Assembly (NCBI RefSeq): GCF_001458695.1
Contig: NZ_LN885086.1
Span: 1,110,001-1,142,000 of the forward strand
DNA from: Candidatus Nitrospira inopinata
GTDB lineage: Bacteria; Nitrospirota; Nitrospiria; Nitrospirales; Nitrospiraceae
DNA length: 32,000 nt
Direction of reading: 5' to 3'
Part shown: positions 1-8,934 of the stretch, one piece after another
How positions within the stretch are numbered: the first letter of the stretch is position 1
Layout of the letters: each line of letters begins with the position of its first letter
The notes under the pieces: model-generated
Databases searched by the model: none
Told to the model about the DNA's origin: nothing
What the model saw: only the letters and a program-made list of their open reading frames with translations
Made by a program: the position numbers and the translations under genes

Positions 1-1
1 C

Positions 2-1870
2 GATCCGATCCACTCGACGCCGACGATCGTCGGGCCGCCGAAAGAACGATACGACTTAATCTATGGGGATGCGACCTACAACACGTTTTATCAACAGTAT
101 AGAAATCGTCGCCAAGTGGCCTACGTCGGAGCCAACGACGGCATGCTCCATGCCTTCAACGCCGGTTTCTATCACCGAGGAGACAACCCCGTCACGACGA
201 ACGTGGTCGAGCGGGGCTGGTTTACCAAAACGCCAACCGATAATTCAGGGGGGCCCAATTTGGGGGCCGAACTCTGGTCCTTCATCCCCTATCAGCTTCT
301 GCCGCAGCTTCAGTGGCTCGCGAGAGCTGACTATAGCCACGTATATTACGTCGATCTGAAACCCAAGGTGTCGGATGTGCGGATCTTTACGCCCGATGCC
401 GATCATCCGGACGGTTGGGGCACGATCCTGATCGGCGGCTTCCGCATGGGAGGCAGTTGCGGCAACTGCACGGCCTCGACCGGGGCGCCGGCGATGACGG
501 TCAATATCGGCGGCACGAACCGGACGTTTTATAGCGCCTATTTCGTGCTGGACATTACGAATCCGGAAGTTGATCCGAAGCTCCTGTGGGTTTTCACCGA
601 CAGTGGATTGGGACTCACGACCGCCTATCCGGCCATTACGCGGGTGAACCCAATGAGCGATACGCCGACCAGCAAGACCAACGAAAAGTGGTACGCGATT
701 TTCGGCTCCGGTCCCAATGGATACCAGGCCGATTTACCTTCCACGCCGAGCCAAACGGCCAAACTCTATGCGATTGATCTGGCCCAAGGTCCCGGAACAA
801 GTAATAGCAATGTCACGACCATGCCGGTCGGGACCTGGCGCTCGTTCATGGGGCACATCATCTCGGTGGACAAAGACCTCGATTATCGAGGAGACGTCGT
901 GTACTCAGGGAGAACCATCCACGATGGATCGCTGCCTTGGCGGGGCAAGTTGTACCGGCTGACGACCAAAGGCTGCGCCAGCGCCCCCTGCTCTCCGACG
1001 ACCTGGGGGATTTCAAGCGGAGCCAACAGGGTCCCGACGGAAGTGATCGATACCTTCTCCGATCCTATCTTGGGGACTGTGGAGGTCGGACCCCTGACGG
1101 CTGCGCCGACGGTCACGATCGACGATGCGAACAAACTCTGGGTCTTTTTCGGCACGGGGCGGTATTTCGGCAATTCCGACAAGGTCGATAACAACGTGCA
1201 GCGCCTCTTCGGCATCAAGGATTCCGTGCTCAGCGGAACCTGCACGGAAATCGGCACGACCAGTTGCCTCGACAATGATCTCGTGGACGTGACCAATGCG
1301 ACCGTCTGTTTGGTCTGTAGCGGTGGGACCAACCAAGTCACGGATCCGACGAATCCGACCGTCACCACGTTCCATGGGACCGGGACGACCTCGATGGTGG
1401 GTTTGGTGGACCAGAGAGACGGTTGGCGCGTCACCTTGCCAACCGGCTCCGGCACCAATGCGGCGGAACGGTCGGTGGTCAGTCCTACCTTGATCGGCGG
1501 CACGGTGTTCTTCCCCACGTTCGTGCCCACGAACGACTTCTGCGCTTCGACCGGCGTGAGTTACCTCTATGCCCTTTATTACAAGACCGGCACCGCCGCG
1601 ACGACGCCGGTGGTCGGCACGACGACGGCTGGCGCCAACGTCAACGTCACGACCAAAGTCTCGCTGGGCGTGGGGTTGGCCTCGTCGATGTCCGTCCAGA
1701 TCGGATCGCAAGGGGCCGGTAATCTCGGAACCGGCGGCACGGGCGGAGGCGGGTGCGCCGGCGGCATGACCGGGGCGATTCAAATGAGTACCGGCGCGGC
1801 GACCCAACCCTGCGCGAGCGCGGGGGACTATTTCAGCCGCTACGTCAGTTGGGTCCATCAGCGGGATTGA
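2..1870 (+). CDS. pilY1: Type IV pilus tip-associated adhesin, PilY1/PilC family, C-terminal beta-propeller part (5' end lies outside the window)
   Basis: The reading frame is open from nt 2 with no stop and runs into track ORF 116..1870. It carries the VAYVGANDGMLHAF motif typical of PilY1 propellers, a long Gly/Thr/Ser-rich beta-strand-like sequence, and a DKDLDYRGD Ca-loop-like motif at 869-895. Confidence 0.75.
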   Translation, partial: DPIHSTPTIVGPPKERYDLIYGDATYNTFYQQYRNRRQVAYVGANDGMLHAFNAGFYHRGDNPVTTNVVERGWFTKTPTDNSGGPNLGAELWSFIPYQLLPQLQWLARADYSHVYYVDLKPKVSDVRIFTPDADHPDGWGTILIGGFRMGGSCGNCTASTGAPAMTVNIGGTNRTFYSAYFVLDITNPEVDPKLLWVFTDSGLGLTTAYPAITRVNPMSDTPTSKTNEKWYAIFGSGPNGYQADLPSTPSQTAKLYAIDLAQGPGTSNSNVTTMPVGTWRSFMGHIISVDKDLDYRGDVVYSGRTIHDGSLPWRGKLYRLTTKGCASAPCSPTTWGISSGANRVPTEVIDTFSDPILGTVEVGPLTAAPTVTIDDANKLWVFFGTGRYFGNSDKVDNNVQRLFGIKDSVLSGTCTEIGTTSCLDNDLVDVTNATVCLVCSGGTNQVTDPTNPTVTTFHGTGTTSMVGLVDQRDGWRVTLPTGSGTNAAERSVVSPTLIGGTVFFPTFVPTNDFCASTGVSYLYALYYKTGTAATTPVVGTTTAGANVNVTTKVSLGVGLASSMSVQIGSQGAGNLGTGGTGGGGCAGGMTGAIQMSTGAATQPCASAGDYFSRYVSWVHQRD

Positions 1871-1886
1871 GGGGCGACGTCGTCGT

Positions 1887-2864
1887 TTGCCCGGCGAGAA
1901 AAGGAAGGGCCTGGTGCTTCGCATAGCCGTCATCGTGGCGGTCACCGCGCTCTGGACGATGGTGTCCTGCACGGATCGTCCGTCATCACCTTCTCTCGCC
2001 TCTCCGGCGGAGGGAAACCGACCTCCGACCGTTCTGTCGGCTCGGTTGCTCAATGATCCCTTGTCGGCGGCGGAATCGGCGGCCGTCCAGGTCATTACCG
2101 AAGATCCGGAACACGAAGCCGTGACCTTGTCGTATCAATGGTATGTGGATGATGTCCCGCTCTTCGGTGAAACGAACCCCACATTGTCCCCCGCCAAATT
2201 CCGTCGAGGCCAACGGGTGAGCGTGGAGATTACGCCGGCCGACGCCAAACAAAAGGGGCCTTCCTATCGAGTCCCTCCCCTGTCGGTGAGCAACGCGCCT
2301 CCGGTCGTTCGCTCGGCCATGATCCTCCAACGCGATGAGTCATCCGGAAACGTGATTGAGGCGTTGGCCGATGCGAGCGACCCCGATCTTGACCCCGTGA
2401 GCATGACCTATCGCTGGTACAAGAACCACGTGTTGGTGAAAGAAGGCGAAGAAGCGTTTCTCGATGCCGGCGGAGTCGCCGCGGGCGAGACGGTCGTCGT
2501 CGAAGTCACGGCTCGCGATCCCAGCGGGACAAGCGCCACGGTACGATCCGCTCCCTGGTCGATGGGCAATAGGCCGCCCCGGATCGTCTCCACGCCTCCG
2601 GTTCCCAAAAACTCCGAATCGTACACGTACAAGGTCCAGGCGATCGACGATGATGGAGATGATTTGGTCTATGCGTTGGAAGCCGCCCCGACCGGTATGA
2701 CGATCGGCGAGCGGACCGGCCGAATCGACTGGCGTGTTCCTCAAGATCAAGCGGGAGTTCAACGCGTGAAAATAGTCGTGAAAGACGGGCGCGGCGGAGC
2801 CGCGCTGCAAGAGTTCGATCTTCACGTGACCCCGCTGCCTCCCGTTGCCCGCCCGGGAATGTAA
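1887..2864 (+). CDS. Secreted protein or lipoprotein with three tandem Ig/cadherin-like modules
   Basis: TTG start 17 nt after the pilY1 stop. The N-terminal hydrophobic signal ends in MVSC, a possible lipobox. There are three modules of about 90 aa, each opened by N-x-P-P-x-V/I (GNRPPTV, SNAPPVV, GNRPPRI). Two share the Y(Q/R)WY...G..V.VEVT core. The last resembles the putative-Ig/dystroglycan-cadherin-like type (YTYKVQAIDDDGDDLVYAL). Confidence 0.65.
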   Translation: MPGEKRKGLVLRIAVIVAVTALWTMVSCTDRPSSPSLASPAEGNRPPTVLSARLLNDPLSAAESAAVQVITEDPEHEAVTLSYQWYVDDVPLFGETNPTLSPAKFRRGQRVSVEITPADAKQKGPSYRVPPLSVSNAPPVVRSAMILQRDESSGNVIEALADASDPDLDPVSMTYRWYKNHVLVKEGEEAFLDAGGVAAGETVVVEVTARDPSGTSATVRSAPWSMGNRPPRIVSTPPVPKNSESYTYKVQAIDDDGDDLVYALEAAPTGMTIGERTGRIDWRVPQDQAGVQRVKIVVKDGRGGAALQEFDLHVTPLPPVARPGM

Positions 2865-2938
2865 CCGGTGCGTTTCCCGATCCTACCCTTCCGCTTGTCG
2901 GGTATTTTCTCGGTCTGGTAAGATGAATTCACGAATTC

Positions 2939-4033
2939 ATGTCGGACGAAGGAGTCCACACCTCGCTTGTGCGTAAGCTGAAATTACGAGAGGGCACCAA
3001 TACCGCCGTCTTGTTCGGTCATCATGATCGGCATCTCAAGCTGATCGAACATGAATTGGGGGTGCGGTTGTCGGCTCGGGGCGAAGAATTGACCATGGAC
3101 GGTCAACCCGAAGCCGTCCGTCAAGCGGAACGGGTGGTGCTCGAGCTGGCCGCGTTGGCGAACGAAGGCATCATCCTGCAAACGGAAGACGTCACCCACG
3201 CGTTGAGCGCCTTGCGACAGGAGCCGGACGCCGCGATCAGAGACGTCCTCTGCGGGCAGGCGACCATCGTCACCAAAAAACGGCTCATCGGTCCCAAGTC
3301 TCCGACCCAGAAAACGTACATCGAGGCGATCAACAAACACGACGTCGTCATCGCCATCGGCCCGGCCGGAACGGGCAAGACCTATTTGGCCATGGCCATG
3401 GCGGTGAGCGCGTTGATGAAAAAAGAAGTCAGCCGGATCATTCTGGCGAGACCCGCCGTCGAGGCCGGAGAAAAACTCGGGTTTCTGCCGGGCGACCTCT
3501 ATCAGAAAGTCAACCCCTACCTTCGCCCCCTGTACGACGCGCTGTTCGACATGATGGACGTGGAGCGAGCCAACCGTCTGATCGAGCGGGGAGACATCGA
3601 AATCGCGCCGCTGGCGTTCATGCGCGGGCGCACGCTGAACGACTCGTTCGTCATTCTCGACGAAGCGCAAAACGCCACCGCCGAGCAGATGAAAATGTTT
3701 CTCACGCGGTTGGGATTCCACTCGAAGATGGTCGTGACGGGAGACATCACCCAGGTGGACTTGCCGAATGACCGGGTGTCGGGATTGATCGAAGTCAAGG
3801 ACGTGCTCCGCGACGTGGACGGCATCGCGTTCGTGCATTTCGACGACAAGGACGTCGTGCGACACCGCCTGGTCCAGAACATCATCAAGGCCTACGATCG
3901 CTATCAAGCAACCGGCGCCGAGGGGTCGGGTCAAGGCCGACGGCGCGCGCCTTTCCACTCGTCTTCGTCCAGGCATCGCAAACCGTCTCCGGCCTCGGTG
4001 CCACCGGATGATGTTTTCGGCCAACCCCACTGA
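2939..4033 (+). CDS. phoH: PhoH-like ATPase (PhoH/YbeZ family)
   Basis: Walker A GPAGTGKTYLAMAMAV and Walker B-like FVILDEAQN, with typical PhoH C-terminal blocks (VVTGDITQVDLP). It is followed by ybeY with a TGATG stop/start overlap. Confidence 0.9.
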   Translation: MSDEGVHTSLVRKLKLREGTNTAVLFGHHDRHLKLIEHELGVRLSARGEELTMDGQPEAVRQAERVVLELAALANEGIILQTEDVTHALSALRQEPDAAIRDVLCGQATIVTKKRLIGPKSPTQKTYIEAINKHDVVIAIGPAGTGKTYLAMAMAVSALMKKEVSRIILARPAVEAGEKLGFLPGDLYQKVNPYLRPLYDALFDMMDVERANRLIERGDIEIAPLAFMRGRTLNDSFVILDEAQNATAEQMKMFLTRLGFHSKMVVTGDITQVDLPNDRVSGLIEVKDVLRDVDGIAFVHFDDKDVVRHRLVQNIIKAYDRYQATGAEGSGQGRRRAPFHSSSSRHRKPSPASVPPDDVFGQPH

Positions 4034-4512
4034 TGGCCGTCTTTCTGCGCGTCCGCCTCAAGCGGTTGTCGAAACGACAAGACTCGCTCGTGCGCGCGGC
4101 GCGAACGATTCTCGACATGGTCGGAGAGCCGAAGTCGGAATTGAGCGTGGAGTTGGTCGGCGACGGGCGGATGCGCCGTTTGAACAGAGTCTATCGGGGG
4201 AAAGATCGGACCACCGACGTGTTGGCGTTTGCGATGCGGGAGACGAAGTCTCCCTGCCGGAGGCTCCTGGGCGACGTGGTCATCTCCGTTCCCACGGCGA
4301 TGCGTCAAGCGAAAGAAGCGGGGCGGTCGCTGAACGAGGAAATCGCCGCGCTGTTGGTGCACGGGGTGTTGCATTTGTGCGGGTATGACCATGAGAGGAA
4401 TGAACGGGAGGCCGCCCGGATGAGGCGGCGCGAACGAGCCGTGTTGCGGGCGATGGAAGCCGTTCCTTGCTTGCTGAAACGACGGGCCCGACAAGCAAAA
4501 GGGAGACTCTGA
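4033..4512 (+). CDS. ybeY: rRNA maturation endoribonuclease YbeY
   Basis: Signature metal-binding motif HGVLHLCGYDHE. Size is about 159 aa. It sits in the conserved position after phoH. Confidence 0.9.
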   Translation: MAVFLRVRLKRLSKRQDSLVRAARTILDMVGEPKSELSVELVGDGRMRRLNRVYRGKDRTTDVLAFAMRETKSPCRRLLGDVVISVPTAMRQAKEAGRSLNEEIAALLVHGVLHLCGYDHERNEREAARMRRRERAVLRAMEAVPCLLKRRARQAKGRL

Positions 4513-4514
4513 TC

Positions 4515-5450
4515 GTGGGGTGGTTTCAGCGGTTGCAAGAGGGATTGGGGAAGACGCGGCAAGCCGTGCGGCAATCGCTCGACCACATGCTGGGGCGGAC
4601 GCCGACACCGGCGCTGCTGGAAGAGCTTGAAGCGTCGCTGCTCGGCGCCGACCTCGGCGCCCGCGTCGTCGATCGATTGATCCGCCGAGTCAACGAAGAG
4701 GCGCGCGGCGAAGCAGCCTCGTCGTCCCAGGGCGTTCAAAACGTGTTGAGCCGAGCCCTGTACGACGTCCTCAAGCAGGTCGCCGGCCCTTCGCTCCTTG
4801 AGTTGATCGACCGAGGCCCCCGACCCTTCGTCGTGCTCGCGGTCGGCGTGAACGGGGTGGGAAAAACCACGACGATCGCGAAAATGGCGCGACGGCTGGT
4901 GCAGGCCGGACGGCGGCCGTTGTTGGTCGCGGGCGACACGTTTCGCGCCGCGGCGATCGAGCAGTTGCAGGTATGGGCGGATCGGTTGGAAGTGCCGATC
5001 GTCCGCCAGCGCCATGGGGCCGATCCCGCGTCCGTGGCCTTCGACGGCATCGCCGCGGCCAAGGCCCGCGGGACGGACGTGGTGCTCATCGATACGGCGG
5101 GCCGGTTGCACACCAAGTCCAACCTGATGGAAGAGTTGCGCAAGGTCAAGCGCGTCGTCGGTCGCGAGTTGCCCGGCGCGCCCCACGAGGTGCTGCTGGT
5201 GTTGGACGCCACGGTCGGCCAAAACGCCCTGGCGCAGGCCAGACAATTTCACGAGGCGGTGGGCGTCACCGGCTTGGTGTTGACGAAATTGGATGGCACG
5301 GCTCGAGGCGGCATCGTCGTGGCCATTGCCGAGGAATTAAAGATACCGGTTCGCCTGGTGGGTGTCGGAGAAGGAGTTGAAGACCTACAGGACTTCAATC
5401 CCGAGGCCTTCGTTGCGGCGCTGTTTGGAGAACCGGCCGCCGGCTCGTAG
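4515..5450 (+). CDS. ftsY: Signal recognition particle receptor FtsY (short, NG-domain form)
   Basis: GTPase motifs GVNGVGKTTTIAKMA, DTAGR and TKLDGTARGG. I prefer the in-frame GTG at 4515, which is preceded by GGGAG at 4501-4505, over the track start 4467, which overlaps ybeY by 46 nt. Confidence 0.9.
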   Translation: MGWFQRLQEGLGKTRQAVRQSLDHMLGRTPTPALLEELEASLLGADLGARVVDRLIRRVNEEARGEAASSSQGVQNVLSRALYDVLKQVAGPSLLELIDRGPRPFVVLAVGVNGVGKTTTIAKMARRLVQAGRRPLLVAGDTFRAAAIEQLQVWADRLEVPIVRQRHGADPASVAFDGIAAAKARGTDVVLIDTAGRLHTKSNLMEELRKVKRVVGRELPGAPHEVLLVLDATVGQNALAQARQFHEAVGVTGLVLTKLDGTARGGIVVAIAEELKIPVRLVGVGEGVEDLQDFNPEAFVAALFGEPAAGS

Positions 5451-5483
5451 CCCCTCTTCTTCTCGTTTCGCCCTCTCCATGCT

Positions 5484-7805
5484 ATGCTGCCTTCCCGGTT
5501 GGTCGCCCGCTTTGCCAGAACGGCGCGCTTGACGACGTGTGTGCGGCGATGCGGCTGTCACTTGTTGAACGGCATGGCTCATCCTGTTTCCATGGTGCTC
5601 GGAACACGGCTTACTTGCTTCGTCATCATGCTGCTCGTTTCCGGCGCAGGCTGCTCTCATGCCGTGGCCGGCGCGGTCGGCTCGGTTCATCCGTCCATTG
5701 TGAGCCATGACCTCGAGGTTACGATCAATCCCGTGACCCATGAATTGATCGGGCGTGATCGAATGGTCGTGGCGAGATCCCTCGAGGCCGGGACCGTTTC
5801 GTTCTCGCTCGCGCCAACCTTGCGCGTGGAATCGCTCGCGATGGTCAGCGAGGACGAATCTCAGAATGGTCGAGAGCGGACCCATCCGTTGGCCTTCTCC
5901 ATTGATCGAACCAACCATCCGGTGGGGCGGCGAGTGGTCGTCACCCTGCCTCCCGGCCATGCCGGACAGGTCACGCTGATGTGGAGCTATCGCGGAACCA
6001 TCAACGATCCGCCCAAGGAACCGCGCCACCTACGGTTCGTGACCCCGAACGAAACCGCCGGCTACATCGGCGAAGAAGGAGTCTACTTAAGCGGCGAGAG
6101 CCAATGGTATCCGGAGATCGAGGGGGCCTACAGCGCCTACCGTCTTCATGTTCATGTTCCGGATGGATGGACGGTCGTGACGCAGGGACGTCGACAAGCC
6201 GAGACGGTCCGTGACGGATGGGTTTCTTCGACATGGGTGGCCGCGGAGCCATCGGAAGCCTTGACCCTGGTCGCCAATCGATTTGTCGTCAAAAGCCGAG
6301 ATTGGACGAGCCGAACCGGGCAACGGATCGAATTGGCGACGTACTTTTTCCCCGACAACGCCGGGCTGGCGGATGAGTACCTCGATGCCACGGCCGCCTA
6401 TCTCGATGCCTATATCGGGATCTTGGGAGAATACCCCTTTCATCGATTCGCGGTCGTGGAAAACTTCTTCCCCAGCGGGCTCGGCATGCCGTCGTTTACC
6501 CTGCTGGGCAGCGGGAGCATCAAGCGGCACTACGTCCAGCCCTACGCCCTGGGACATGAAATCGTCCATTCCTGGATCGGCAATTCCGTTTTTCATCGCC
6601 AGGGTGCCGGCAACTGGGTCGAGGGATTGACGACCTACCTGGCCAATTACTATTGGCATGAGCTGACCGGCGACGATCGGCAGGCGGCCGAACAGCGACG
6701 TATGATGGTGGAGGGCTACAGCCTCTACGTGGAGCAAGACCGCGACTATCCGGTTTCCCGCTTTTTCGCCAAGCATGACGAGAGAGACAACGCCATTGGC
6801 TATCACAAGGCCGCCTTCGTGTTTCAGCACCTACGTCATGAAATCGGCGACGAAGCGTTCTGGCGCGGCGTCAAGACGTTCGCCCAAGGGTACCGCAATC
6901 GACCGGCCGATTGGGGGGATATCGAGAGGGTCTTTGCCCGGGAGAGCAAGAGGGATCTCCGTTGGTTTTTTGAGCAATGGGTTGAACGGGGCGGCGCGCC
7001 GCAACTCTCCTTGGACGAGGTTCATGCCCGTTCGGTTCGCAATCAAGACGGAGGGGAGACATGGCGAACGGCCGTTCGGGTTCGTCAGTCCGGACGGCCG
7101 TTTCAAATGGCCGTCCCTCTCCGAATCATTTTGGATGAGGGAGCGGAAACGAGATGGATCAGGCTTGGTCCCGCCGCCGCGACGACCGAAGAGCTTGTGG
7201 TCGCGGCTCGCCCGCTTCAAGTGCAACTGGATCCCGATTGGATGGTGTTCCGCCGGGTCCCACGCAGCCGGTTGACGCCGATGTTGAACGGATACGTGAC
7301 CGACGGCAAGAGGACGGTGGCGCGAGCCGCCACGGGAGCGGCCGGCCCCTTTCAACCTGTCCTCGACCGAATTGTCGAGAGAGAATCTGAGTGGCCTGAA
7401 TCGAGAAAGACCGCGATCGTATCGTTGGGAGAAACGGCCTTGCCGCCGGCCGGGTCGGTTCTGATCTTGGGAGGCGCCGATCAACGGAACAGGATAGAGC
7501 CGCTCGTCAAGGAGTCCTGTGGCGACCTGGTTCGATTCCGCGAGGAAGGCTTTGATGTGAAGGGTCGGACCTATGAAGGTCCCGAGATGGCCGTGCTCTT
7601 CACCTGTCGCCGCGCCGCCGTACCAGAGAGCGTGGCGACGGTCCTCTACGGCCTGAGTCCGGGAGCGGTTGAGAGGGTCGCACACTATCTGTTTTATTAT
7701 GGCTGGCATAGCTACGTGGTCTTTAAAAACGGAACCGTGGTGGAGCGCGGGTTGTGGCAGGATGAGCCGGAGGCGAAGGAGGTAGAAGTCAATGGGGCTC
7801 GGTAG
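5484..7805 (+). CDS. M1-family (gluzincin) metallopeptidase, exported; non-canonical exopeptidase motif
   Basis: HEIVH at 6555-6569, followed by WVEG (Glu at 6621-6623). A hydrophobic signal-like segment (FVIMLLVSGAGC) suggests the true start may be 5574 or 5592. GLGMPS sits where M1 aminopeptidases carry GAMEN. Confidence 0.8.
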   Translation: MLPSRLVARFARTARLTTCVRRCGCHLLNGMAHPVSMVLGTRLTCFVIMLLVSGAGCSHAVAGAVGSVHPSIVSHDLEVTINPVTHELIGRDRMVVARSLEAGTVSFSLAPTLRVESLAMVSEDESQNGRERTHPLAFSIDRTNHPVGRRVVVTLPPGHAGQVTLMWSYRGTINDPPKEPRHLRFVTPNETAGYIGEEGVYLSGESQWYPEIEGAYSAYRLHVHVPDGWTVVTQGRRQAETVRDGWVSSTWVAAEPSEALTLVANRFVVKSRDWTSRTGQRIELATYFFPDNAGLADEYLDATAAYLDAYIGILGEYPFHRFAVVENFFPSGLGMPSFTLLGSGSIKRHYVQPYALGHEIVHSWIGNSVFHRQGAGNWVEGLTTYLANYYWHELTGDDRQAAEQRRMMVEGYSLYVEQDRDYPVSRFFAKHDERDNAIGYHKAAFVFQHLRHEIGDEAFWRGVKTFAQGYRNRPADWGDIERVFARESKRDLRWFFEQWVERGGAPQLSLDEVHARSVRNQDGGETWRTAVRVRQSGRPFQMAVPLRIILDEGAETRWIRLGPAAATTEELVVAARPLQVQLDPDWMVFRRVPRSRLTPMLNGYVTDGKRTVARAATGAAGPFQPVLDRIVERESEWPESRKTAIVSLGETALPPAGSVLILGGADQRNRIEPLVKESCGDLVRFREEGFDVKGRTYEGPEMAVLFTCRRAAVPESVATVLYGLSPGAVERVAHYLFYYGWHSYVVFKNGTVVERGLWQDEPEAKEVEVNGAR

Positions 7806-8931
7806 ATCTTGGAGACGTCTCGCGTGGGGGTTGGTGGGGGCGTTGTGCCTGTCCCTCGGATGTGCGGCCAACGAGGCTCGGAAAGACTCCGCAAGGTCCG
7901 TCACAGGTCACTCCGTCGCCGGCTCGACGGAGCGCCACCTTGCCAATATCCGGCAACTGACCTTCGGCCGCCAGAATGCGGAGGCCTATTTTTCATTCGA
8001 CGGCGCGAAGCTGATTTTTCAATCCACCAACGATTGGACGAAGGGGGCGTCGGTTGCCGATAAACCGGCCGAGGCCGGGCTCGGCTGTTATCAGATGTAC
8101 GTGATGGACATCGAGACCGGTCACGTTCAGATGGTGAGCACCGGCAAGGGAGCCACGACCTGCGGGTACTTTTATCCGGGCGATCGCCGCGTCATCTACG
8201 CCTCGACGCACGAGGCCGGTCCGGCCTGTCCTCCCAAACCGAAGCGGGGCGGAACCTATCGGTGGGCGCTTGACGACTATGATCTGTACGCGGTGGATCT
8301 TGACGGGAACAATTTCAAACGGCTGACGACGACGCCGGGCTATGACGCGGAGGCGACCCTCTCGCCGGACGGCAAGACCATCGTCTGGACGTCGGTGCGG
8401 GACGGCGATCTTGATCTCTACGCGATGGATCTCGACGGGACGAGGGTCAGGCGGTTGACCGACGACGTCGGCTATGACGGCGGCGCGTTTTTTTCGCCGG
8501 ACAGCACACGAATCGTGTATCGCGCGTCACACCCGACTGAACCGGAAGAGGCGGCTCATTATCGAGATTTGCTGGCGCAGGGGTTGGTCGAGCCGAACCA
8601 GCTCGAGATCTTCGTGATGAACGCCGATGGGTCCGGAAAAAAGCAGGTGACGTCGAACAGAGCGTCGAACTTCGCGCCGTTTTTTCATCCGGACGGGCGG
8701 CGCATCATTTTTTCCTCCAACGTGGAAACAAGAAATGAAAAGGGCCGACCCAGTTTCCACCTGTATCTCGTCAATGACGATGGCACGGGGCTGGAGCGGG
8801 TCACCACGGAAGGCCGCTTCAACAGTTTCCCGATGTTTTCACCGGATGGGAAACGGTTGGTGTGGGTGTCGGATCGCCATGCCAAGGAGCCGGGGGAATT
8901 CAACGTCTTTCTGGCCGATTGGATCCCCTAG
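7792..8931 (+). CDS. PD40/TolB-like beta-propeller repeat protein, exported
   Basis: Repeated SPDG-type blades: SPDGKTIVWTS, SPDSTRIVYRA, HPDGRRIIFSS, SPDGKRLVWVS. N-terminal signal with Cys (LSLGCAAN). Overlaps the peptidase stop by 14 nt. Confidence 0.75.
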   Translation: MGLGRSWRRLAWGLVGALCLSLGCAANEARKDSARSVTGHSVAGSTERHLANIRQLTFGRQNAEAYFSFDGAKLIFQSTNDWTKGASVADKPAEAGLGCYQMYVMDIETGHVQMVSTGKGATTCGYFYPGDRRVIYASTHEAGPACPPKPKRGGTYRWALDDYDLYAVDLDGNNFKRLTTTPGYDAEATLSPDGKTIVWTSVRDGDLDLYAMDLDGTRVRRLTDDVGYDGGAFFSPDSTRIVYRASHPTEPEEAAHYRDLLAQGLVEPNQLEIFVMNADGSGKKQVTSNRASNFAPFFHPDGRRIIFSSNVETRNEKGRPSFHLYLVNDDGTGLERVTTEGRFNSFPMFSPDGKRLVWVSDRHAKEPGEFNVFLADWIP

Positions 8932-8934
8932 CCC

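Noticed and set aside
4467-4514. Upstream start for ftsY overlapping ybeY by 46 nt
   Set aside because: The GTG at 4515 follows GGGAG and gives the canonical FtsY opening GWFQRLQEGL. The extension is not conserved-looking.
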